Assembly: GCA_030595015.1 (NCBI GenBank)
Contig: JAUVDZ010000001.1
Span: forward strand, 1 to 28,439
DNA: 28,439 bases
Source: Candidatus Peregrinibacteria bacterium
GTDB lineage: Bacteria > Patescibacteriota > Gracilibacteria > UBA1369 > PNNO01
Direction: 5' to 3'
Within the stretch, counting starts at the first letter, position 1. Every line of letters starts with the position of its first letter. A program made the translations under genes and the position numbers. Shown here piece by piece: positions 1 to 6,491 of the stretch. Under the pieces are notes generated by a model. The model made no database searches and was not told the origin of the DNA. It worked only from the letters and a program-made list of their open reading frames with translations.

Positions 1-344
1 TGTGCAGTAATAATTGCGCTTTTATAAGGGGCGACAGTTCCAACTTTTTGAAAATTAATTCGTTGTAAAGGATCATCTGTAATTTCAATAGTTTCAACTT
101 CGATATCTCCAATGGTTACATCGTTTACTATTTCCGCTTCGCTTACTTCGTTCGTCTGTTCAGTTTGCTCTGTATCTTCTGAAGTTTCATTATCAATTTG
201 TTCGCAACCTCCAAAAAAGTACATACCTAAGAGTACAATCCCAATGATTAAACCAATAGTGAATAGCACATTAATAAATTTTGAAAGATTAGATTGTTTC
301 TTTTCAGAAACTAAATCATATCTATCAGGTTCAGTAGTTTCCAT
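1..344 (-). CDS. Partial (N-terminus only; runs off the left edge) membrane-anchored protein, probably an efflux periplasmic adaptor (MFP/HlyD family)
   Basis: Not in the ORF track; translated by hand from ATG at 344: METTEPDRYDLVSEKKQSNLSKFINVLFTIGLIIGIVLLGMYFFGGCEQIDNE...RINFQKVGTVAPYKSAIITA. No stop before base 1. One TM helix, an acidic linker, then a G-T-V-x-P-x-K-S-A-x-I-T-A segment like the start of an MFP lipoyl domain. A consensus promoter lies directly upstream. Confidence 0.6.
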   Translation of the reverse strand, partial: METTEPDRYDLVSEKKQSNLSKFINVLFTIGLIIGIVLLGMYFFGGCEQIDNETSEDTEQTEQTNEVSEAEIVNDVTIGDIEVETIEITDDPLQRINFQKVGTVAPYKSAIITA

Positions 345-376
345 TATATAAGGGGTCAATTATAAAATAAGAGCTT

Positions 377-404
377 ATTATAGTAGATTACACTATAATG
401 TCAA
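377..404 (-). promoter_or_regulatory. Sigma70-type promoter TTGACA-N16-TATAAT for the gene starting at 344, overlapped by the inverted repeat ATTATAGT-N7-ACTATAAT
   Basis: tgtcaa at 399-404 and attata at 377-382 on the plus strand. IR arms at 377-384 and 392-399. Confidence 0.75.
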
Positions 405-432
405 CTCTTCTGTATGAAATTAATTACAAAAT

Positions 433-651
433 TTACTTGCCTTCTACCTCTATTTTCTCGTTTAATAAATCAACAAATTTATCAACATCGATTCCATGAG
501 AAGATAAACCTTCATCAATAGTTTCAAATTCAGCTGCATGGCACATAGCACAGCCAATATCATGATCCATAAAAATATCGAATAATTCTGGGTATTTTTG
601 TAGGACTTCTAGAATAATCATATCTTTTTTAACCTTTTGATGTTTTCTCAT
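433..651 (-). CDS. DUF1858 domain protein (small CxxC protein)
   Basis: 72 aa. The pattern DM.I.EVL.KYPE...IF....IGCAMCHAAEFETIDEG...HGIDVD.FVD.LN matches the DUF1858 family. Confidence 0.85.
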   Translation of the reverse strand: MRKHQKVKKDMIILEVLQKYPELFDIFMDHDIGCAMCHAAEFETIDEGLSSHGIDVDKFVDLLNEKIEVEGK

Positions 652-722
652 ATATATAAGTGCATTAATTTATAAATTATTTCAACTCTACGCTGATTTG
701 ATTCACTTTCAACTCAATATAC

Positions 723-750
723 TTGACAAATAATAAGAAGTCAGTATAAT
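723..750 (+). promoter_or_regulatory. Sigma70-type promoter TTGACA-N16-TATAAT for the 782-tlyA operon
   Basis: TTGACA at 723-728 and TATAAT at 745-750; ATG at 782. Confidence 0.8.
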
Positions 751-781
751 CATAATCTTTACTTAAATCAAGTCTAAATTT

Positions 782-1375
782 ATGGATTCACGAATAAGGA
801 AAAATCGAATTATGAATATGCTTGAGAAGTATGATGAAAAACTTCTTAAATTTTATTTAAATGAAGGTCCTGCTAAGCTTAAGAAAAGGCTTGAGATAAG
901 GGATGATGAGTTGTGGCGGATCGTCTTTGATTATCTTATTTTTGAGAAAAATGCAGTTAACGTTTGTACTAAAAAGAATACTAATTATATTCATAGTATC
1001 TTTGCTGAAAAAGGTCCAAATCATATTAAAAAAGCTTTTTATTTAGATAATTCTAAATATGAAAGTACTTTTGAAGAAATTCTGGATTTTATAGGAATTG
1101 CCAGAGGCGCGATATATGAGTATGTACGTAATAATTCACATTATTTTCAGGATTTAATAAGAAATGGAAAAGCTGAGAGAATTCGTATTGAATTAGGCTT
1201 GGAGAAGCTGAAATACGACGGTGTTTGGGAAGAAGTTCTTGATATCCTATTAGAATGTGTAAGTTTTAAAAATTTTACCTACAGCATGTTTGAGCAGGGT
1301 TTGAGATTTTTTACAAACATGTATAATACTGGTCGTACACATAGATCAGTAAAAAATTCCAATGAGATTAGATAA
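782..1375 (+). CDS. Hypothetical all-helical protein with three ~50-aa internal repeats
   Basis: 197-aa ORF with a strong promoter; overlaps the tlyA start by 14 nt. Repeats are anchored on G29/G78/G129 and D50/D102/D154. Confidence 0.8.
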   Translation: MDSRIRKNRIMNMLEKYDEKLLKFYLNEGPAKLKKRLEIRDDELWRIVFDYLIFEKNAVNVCTKKNTNYIHSIFAEKGPNHIKKAFYLDNSKYESTFEEILDFIGIARGAIYEYVRNNSHYFQDLIRNGKAERIRIELGLEKLKYDGVWEEVLDILLECVSFKNFTYSMFEQGLRFFTNMYNTGRTHRSVKNSNEIR

Positions 1376-2081
1376 ATTTTTGACTAGTCAAAACTACGTT
1401 GAGTCGCGAGAGAAAGCGAAATTTTTAATCGAACAAGGGCTAGTGAAAATTAATGGAATTATTGCTCAAAAAGTTGCATATAAAGTTAAATCTGATGACA
1501 TTATAGAAGTAGATAATAGCGATATGTTTGTTAGTCGAAGTGGAAATAAACTTGAAGCAGCGCTAAAAAACTTCAATTTAGATGTGAAAGATTACATTTG
1601 TTTGGATATTGGGGCTTCTATAGGCGGTTTTACTGAATGTTTGCTCAAGTATAATGCTAAAAAGGTTTATACCATTGATGTTGGCACTGACCAGCTTCAT
1701 AAAAAACTTCGCAGCAATAATCGTGTTATTTGTTATGAAGAAACGGATTTTCGCACTTTTAAGCGCTCAGAAATTGCTGAAGATCTTGATATTATAGTAA
1801 TTGATGTGTCATTTATCTCAATTAAAGAAATTATTGATCATATCTCTCCATTTTTAAATAAAAAAACCAAAGTAGTTGCGCTTTATAAGCCTCAATTTGA
1901 AGTAGGAAAAGGCAATATTAAGAAGGGGATTGCCAATAATGAAGAAGTAGTACAAAGAACCATTGAAGATTTTAAAGAATACATCGCAAAATATGACCTA
2001 CAAGTTACAGGATCTATGAAATCCCCGTTAAAAGGGAAAGAAGGTAACCAGGAATATCTTTTACTGATCCACTTGAGGTAA
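1362..2081 (+). CDS. tlyA: TlyA-family rRNA 2'-O-methyltransferase (S4 + FtsJ domains)
   Basis: N-terminal MRLDKFL...SREKA..LI..G.V.ING (S4 domain), then FVSRSGNKL, LDIGASIGGFT, IDVGTDQL, IDVSFIS, KPQFE and SPLKG.EGNQEYL. Confidence 0.95.
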   Translation: MRLDKFLTSQNYVESREKAKFLIEQGLVKINGIIAQKVAYKVKSDDIIEVDNSDMFVSRSGNKLEAALKNFNLDVKDYICLDIGASIGGFTECLLKYNAKKVYTIDVGTDQLHKKLRSNNRVICYEETDFRTFKRSEIAEDLDIIVIDVSFISIKEIIDHISPFLNKKTKVVALYKPQFEVGKGNIKKGIANNEEVVQRTIEDFKEYIAKYDLQVTGSMKSPLKGKEGNQEYLLLIHLR

Positions 2082-2375
2082 AGTTTTAAAATAAAGTTGT
2101 TTTTTTACTTTTTGATTTTGATCTATCAAATCAACTCTAAATGCTGTTTCGCGATCAGGAAGAAATTTATAGTACGCAAGATCAGCAATTAGCGTATCTT
2201 TTCCTAAACGTTCAAGATTCAAGTGATTATCGCTATCTTCTCGCTCACTTTGTTCAAAAGCTTCATACTCTTCACGAGTAAGATCTTTTATCCAAATACT
2301 TTTAGCATCATAAATAGCCATTAATTGAGATTCAGCCTCATCAACGTTGTTTGCTTTGATAATTTCTCCAGCCAT
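2061..2375 (-). CDS. Hypothetical protein
   Basis: 104-aa ORF with its own promoter upstream; its 3' end overlaps the convergent tlyA by 21 nt. No recognisable motif. Confidence 0.65.
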   Translation of the reverse strand: MAGEIIKANNVDEAESQLMAIYDAKSIWIKDLTREEYEAFEQSEREDSDNHLNLERLGKDTLIADLAYYKFLPDRETAFRVDLIDQNQKVKKQLYFKTLPQVDQ

Positions 2376-2399
2376 GATTGTTGGTTAATGTGTGTTTTT

Positions 2400-2428
2400 A
2401 TTTTATAGGGATAAGTTTGTATATTCAA
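2400..2428 (-). promoter_or_regulatory. Sigma70-type promoter TTGAAT-N17-TAAAAT for the 2375 gene
   Basis: On the minus strand the -35 reads at 2428-2423 and the -10 at 2405-2400. Confidence 0.55.
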
Positions 2429-2431
2429 GTA

Positions 2432-2474
2432 CCTTATCAAATTTGCCGTATTTTTGCCGTCATTTTTGATAAGG
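2432..2474. repeat. 10-bp inverted repeat (CCTTATCAAA / TTTGATAAGG) enclosing a tandem direct repeat TTTGCCGT x2
   Basis: Arms at 2432-2441 and 2465-2474. Direct repeats at 2442-2449 and 2453-2460 (11-bp period). Confidence 0.7.
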
Positions 2475-2541
2475 GATAGTTTCTACACTACGTCGTACTC
2501 GCTCAACCTGCTCAATCAGTCACATTCGTTCCTTCATCGCA

Positions 2542-2588
2542 GCTAGATCTAGCACTCCAAGAGACCTCCGCGCTTTGCGCTGCGGTCT
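2542..2588. repeat. Perfect 12-bp palindrome GCTAGATCTAGC plus a GC-rich hairpin immediately 3' of the tRNA
   Basis: Palindrome at 2542-2553. Hairpin at 2562-2588 reads AGACC-GCA-GCGC-AAA-GCGC-GGA-GGTCT on the minus strand and has no U-tract. Confidence 0.65.
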
Positions 2589-2589
2589 G

Positions 2590-2666
<77 letters not shown>

Positions 2667-2688
2667 ATATTAATCGTTAACGCTATTT

Positions 2689-2717
2689 AAAAAGCGCAGA
2701 CCCTTACGAGCCTGCGC
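2689..2717 (-). terminator. Intrinsic terminator downstream of secDF
   Basis: The minus strand reads GCGCAGGCTC-GTAA-GGGTCTGCGC-TTTTT: a 10-bp stem (2 G-U), a GNRA loop and a U5 tract, 27 nt after the secDF stop. Confidence 0.8.
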
Positions 2718-2718
2718 A

Positions 2719-2747
2719 ATTTTAACATTTATGTAATCTATTATCAA
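2719..2747 (-). promoter_or_regulatory. tRNA-Arg promoter TTGATA-N17-TAAAAT with an extended -10 (TGn)
   Basis: The -35 at 2747-2742 overlaps the secDF TGA stop. TG-T-TAAAAT ends at 2719. The predicted start site is ~2712, inside the terminator's 5' arm. Confidence 0.65.
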
Positions 2748-5700
2748 CGTTCTTTTCTAGATTCTGCTCTGTTGTTCCACCAGACAAGTACAGGACTTGC
2801 CACAAAGATTGATGAGTAAGTACCAATGATAGTACCAAGTACTAATGCAAGTACGAACCAGAAGATTGATGTGCTTCCTAAAATCAAGAGTGCTACTAAT
2901 GTGAATAGCGTAGAGATAGATGTGTTTATTGAACGAGCCATTGTTTGTGTTAAGGCTGCGTTTGCAACATCTTTGAATGTGACACCTCTTCCCATATCTT
3001 TTAAGTTTTCACGCACTCTGTCGAATACAACGATTGTGTCATGAACTGAGAAACCAAGTATTGTTAGAAGTGCAGTAATAAATAGGGCATCTACTTCAAC
3101 ATTAAGAACATTTCCTAATATCGCAAATATTCCAACTACGATTATTACATCATGTGCTAAGGCAACGATTGCAGATAATCCGAATCTCCAAGGAGAAACT
3201 TTTTTAGGGATTTTCCTGAATGCAAATGCGATATAGAATACAATTAATATTAATGCTATTACAAGTGCGAACATTGCTTTACTCTTCATTGTTTCTCCAA
3301 CAGTAGGACCCACTGTTGTGAATCTTGGTTCATCAAGTGCCCCGAATCTTTCTTCAAGTTTTTCTAATATCTGATCGTGAACTTCTACTGAGATGTATTT
3401 AGTTTTGATAATATATCCATCAGAAGACCAGATTATTGAAGCAGTACTAAAGTCTACAGCTTCTTCAACATCCGGAACAAATTCTGCTCCACCTGTTTCA
3501 GTTGTTGCAGCTACAGCTCCATCATCAGATCCATAAATCTCATTACCGATTTCTTCAAGAGCAGTGCTTAAATCTTCCTGAGCAACTTCCTGTTCAAATT
3601 TAACTTGCATCAATGTTCCTCCAGAAAAATCGATTCCGAATTTAAGTCCGAATGTGAAAATTGAAACAATCGCAATTGAGACTAAGATTCCTGAGAAAAC
3701 GAACCATTTTTTACTGTTACCAATAATATTATAAACTTTTCGTTTCTTTTCAGTTGGTTTAGCTCCTAATAAGAAGTAATTTTTAGCAAATCTTGTTCCA
3801 ACCATTAAATGTAAGAATGTTTTTGTAATAGTAATAGCCGTGAACATTGAAACTAAAATACCTGCAGCTAAGTTGAAAGCGAATCCCTGAATGATTGAAC
3901 TTCCAAAATAAAACAGAATTGCACAGGTAATCAATGAAGAGAAATTCGAATCTCTAATTGAGCTCCATGCACGGGCAAATCCAACATCAATAGCTGACCC
4001 AAGAGGTCTTCCGTCTCTAATTTCTTCTTTAATTCTTTCAAAGATAAGTATGTTAGCATCAACTGCCATACCAATCGATAAGATCACACCGGCTACACCA
4101 GCAAGTGTTAGAACGATTGGATTAGCAAGCAGGAATACTATAAAGAATAGGGCAAACACCGCCAGAACTGACGTGACCATTTTTTCCCACCCATTGTCTT
4201 TGTCATTTAATATTCGCATCATTAAGACGACGAACATCGTGACAGCAATAATAACTGCGACTATGGTATTTAATTGGGATTGTATTAAGAAAAGTAGAAT
4301 TACTGCGTAAACTCCTAATGCAACAACTGCCATTAATCCTAGAAGTCTGTAGTAGAGAGTCATGTAAATACCAAGAATGATCAATCCAATCATACCTGCC
4401 CACAAGCTCTTAACTAAGGCATCCTGACCAAGCTCTGCACCGATTGTGTATTGACCTGACAATACAATTGGTGCTGGAATTGCACCTGTATTTAAGTCAC
4501 GAGCTAAAGTAGTAGCCTCATCAATAGTGAAACTACCTTCGATAATTGCATTCCCTCCTGTAATTTTTGATCTTACATTTGGAGCAGAAATTAATTCACC
4601 TCCAACAAAAATTGCTAAAGGTTTTCCAATATTTTTATCTGTTATTTCAGCAAACAACTCTGCCCCTTCATCATTAAATGCGATTGAAACATAAGGTTCA
4701 TAAAGTTGATTGAACTGAACATCAGCATGTACGAAATGCTCACCAGTTAAGTTAGTATCCTGCCATTGGTTTGGAATAGTTGAGAAGAAAATTGATTCAT
4801 ATTTAACCTGTTTCTCAACTTTTGTTTCTGTAGTTCCTCCAACAATTGAACCTGATTTAAGTACGTGGTATCCAAATTCAGTTTCAACAGGATCACTTAC
4901 TTCATCTTTTTCTTCCATTATAAGTGCTGCTGATTCGAATGCTTCTGTGTATGCACCTTCACCTGCAGGTTTGATTAATACTCCACCTACTTCTTTTGCA
5001 GCTGAATCATCATTATATTCATCTGATAAAGTTTTAAATTCTTCACCATCACGTGCACGGCTTGAAATTTCTTCAGCTAATGCCAATGCTTCTTCTTTTG
5101 TTCTCGTAACTTCTTCTCCAGCTCTTTCAGCTCCTGCGTAAGCAACTAAAACATGAGAAACATTTACTTTCTTTTCATCAGTAACTGTTCTGTCAGCGTC
5201 TTGAGTTTCAATTAATTTGATTACGTTTAATCCAGTTAATTCGATTAGTTCACCTTCAGGAGAAACTGTGTATTCTCCGCTTGTTTCAATTGTTCCTGAA
5301 TAAACTTGTCCTTCTGATAAGTCGAATATTTTACCAGCAATTGCTGAATTTAATTCGTCTTCAAATTTCCAATCTTCTTCTTGAGTATAAGTAACTACCG
5401 CAGGATTTGCCTGCTCTTCTTCCTGAGCGACTATGGCAAATTCTTCTCCGCTTTGAATTCTTTGTAATACATTATTTGCCTGCGTTTCAATTTCTTGTTT
5501 TTCATTTGGATCAATTTCGTCTTTTCTTTCTTTAAATTCTAATTGGATTGTTTTACCAATAGTTGCTTTTGCTTCTTCTACATCAACTCCGGCTAAATCA
5601 ACTATGATATGACTTTCACCCGCAGCTTCAGATACTACAATTCTTGGTTCGCTTACCCCAAGTGCATTTACACGCTTATTAATAACCTCTTTTACACCTT

Positions 5701-5926
5701 CAATGATAGCTTTTTGATCTTCTGATGGTACTTTTCTGAGATCAATTTTATAATCAAGTTGAGCTCCTCCTTGTAGGTCGAGGCCTAAATGAACATGCTG
5801 ATTTTTTATTTCATCAGGAGTCCAGCCGACCAATGGAGCTTTTGTCTCTGGTGGTAGATCGAGTATCCCGAGTATCACAGCAATAAATAGAATAACTAGA
5901 ACTTTAATAAAAGTTTTTCCTTTCAT
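2744..5926 (-). CDS. secDF: Fused protein translocase SecDF with parvulin-type PPIase modules inserted in the P1 domain
   Basis: SecD motifs LGLDLQGG, RVNALGVSEP, IG..LG and IGMAVDANILIFERIKEE. SecF motifs GIDFSGGT, VGPTVG, GFSVHDTIVVFDRVRE and GTYSSIFVA. Parvulin motifs VNVSHVLV and VETEFGYHVLK. Confidence 0.97.
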   Translation of the reverse strand: MKGKTFIKVLVILFIAVILGILDLPPETKAPLVGWTPDEIKNQHVHLGLDLQGGAQLDYKIDLRKVPSEDQKAIIEGVKEVINKRVNALGVSEPRIVVSEAAGESHIIVDLAGVDVEEAKATIGKTIQLEFKERKDEIDPNEKQEIETQANNVLQRIQSGEEFAIVAQEEEQANPAVVTYTQEEDWKFEDELNSAIAGKIFDLSEGQVYSGTIETSGEYTVSPEGELIELTGLNVIKLIETQDADRTVTDEKKVNVSHVLVAYAGAERAGEEVTRTKEEALALAEEISSRARDGEEFKTLSDEYNDDSAAKEVGGVLIKPAGEGAYTEAFESAALIMEEKDEVSDPVETEFGYHVLKSGSIVGGTTETKVEKQVKYESIFFSTIPNQWQDTNLTGEHFVHADVQFNQLYEPYVSIAFNDEGAELFAEITDKNIGKPLAIFVGGELISAPNVRSKITGGNAIIEGSFTIDEATTLARDLNTGAIPAPIVLSGQYTIGAELGQDALVKSLWAGMIGLIILGIYMTLYYRLLGLMAVVALGVYAVILLFLIQSQLNTIVAVIIAVTMFVVLMMRILNDKDNGWEKMVTSVLAVFALFFIVFLLANPIVLTLAGVAGVILSIGMAVDANILIFERIKEEIRDGRPLGSAIDVGFARAWSSIRDSNFSSLITCAILFYFGSSIIQGFAFNLAAGILVSMFTAITITKTFLHLMVGTRFAKNYFLLGAKPTEKKRKVYNIIGNSKKWFVFSGILVSIAIVSIFTFGLKFGIDFSGGTLMQVKFEQEVAQEDLSTALEEIGNEIYGSDDGAVAATTETGGAEFVPDVEEAVDFSTASIIWSSDGYIIKTKYISVEVHDQILEKLEERFGALDEPRFTTVGPTVGETMKSKAMFALVIALILIVFYIAFAFRKIPKKVSPWRFGLSAIVALAHDVIIVVGIFAILGNVLNVEVDALFITALLTILGFSVHDTIVVFDRVRENLKDMGRGVTFKDVANAALTQTMARSINTSISTLFTLVALLILGSTSIFWFVLALVLGTIIGTYSSIFVASPVLVWWNNRAESRKER

Positions 5927-5966
5927 GGAAATTGGGGTTTAAAAAATAGTATGAAAAATATATAAA

Positions 5967-6389
5967 TTATTGGTTTTCTGAGTGTAGTTTTTGATCGAGC
6001 TCTTCATTGTTGCCCTTTCCTGATCTTCCATAGTCATCATGTAGTTTTACAACGTCAGTTAAGTGAGGTGTTGAAACTTCAAAGATTTCAGAGTCTTCAA
6101 GTGCTTCAGCACGATGAATAGTATACGGATTTACATCGAATTTGTCACCTGGTTTTAGTATAATTTCCTTTAAATTTTTCTCTTCTGTGCCATAAACCAT
6201 TTTCACTAGTCCTGAGTAAACATATTGAGTTTCGAGTTTTTCCTCATGATACTGCAAAGAATAGCGGTGTCCCTTCTTGATTTCGAGGATTTTCCCCGCA
6301 TATTTCTCATTTTGAGCAAACCAAATCTCACGGCCCCAAGGTTTAGGTTTAATAAGTGCTTCGTGCTTTGGAGTTTGTTCGTTGTTCAT
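5967..6389 (-). CDS. Cupin protein, similar to the C-terminal mannose-6-phosphate isomerase domain of bifunctional ManC
   Basis: KPWG...KILEIKKG.RYSLQYH..K.E...V.SG and PYTIHR...LEDSEIFEVSTP..DVV.L.DDYGR; lies directly downstream of manC. Confidence 0.8.
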   Translation of the reverse strand: MNNEQTPKHEALIKPKPWGREIWFAQNEKYAGKILEIKKGHRYSLQYHEEKLETQYVYSGLVKMVYGTEEKNLKEIILKPGDKFDVNPYTIHRAEALEDSEIFEVSTPHLTDVVKLHDDYGRSGKGNNEELDQKLHSENQ

Positions 6390-6395
6390 AGAAAT

Positions 6396-6424
6396 ATTAT
6401 AAGGGAAAGAAGGGGATATGGGAA
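6396..6424 (-). promoter_or_regulatory. Promoter TTCCCA-N17-TATAAT, 6 nt before the cupin ATG (leaderless candidate)
   Basis: TATAAT at 6401-6396, then ATTTCT, then ATG at 6389. Confidence 0.55.
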
Positions 6425-6491
6425 GGAATTATGGCTACCATTTTTTAGGAGTTTTTCAAAATTTCAAAAATTTTGAATTTCTCCCGTATTA

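Noticed and set aside
112-351. 79-aa plus-strand ORF
   Set aside because: Antisense shadow of the real minus-strand gene starting at 344, which has a promoter and a TM helix.
2826-5141. Small ORFs 2826-3044, 4050-4310, 4203-4403 and 4947-5141
   Set aside because: All lie inside secDF (antisense or alternate frame) with no motifs or promoters.
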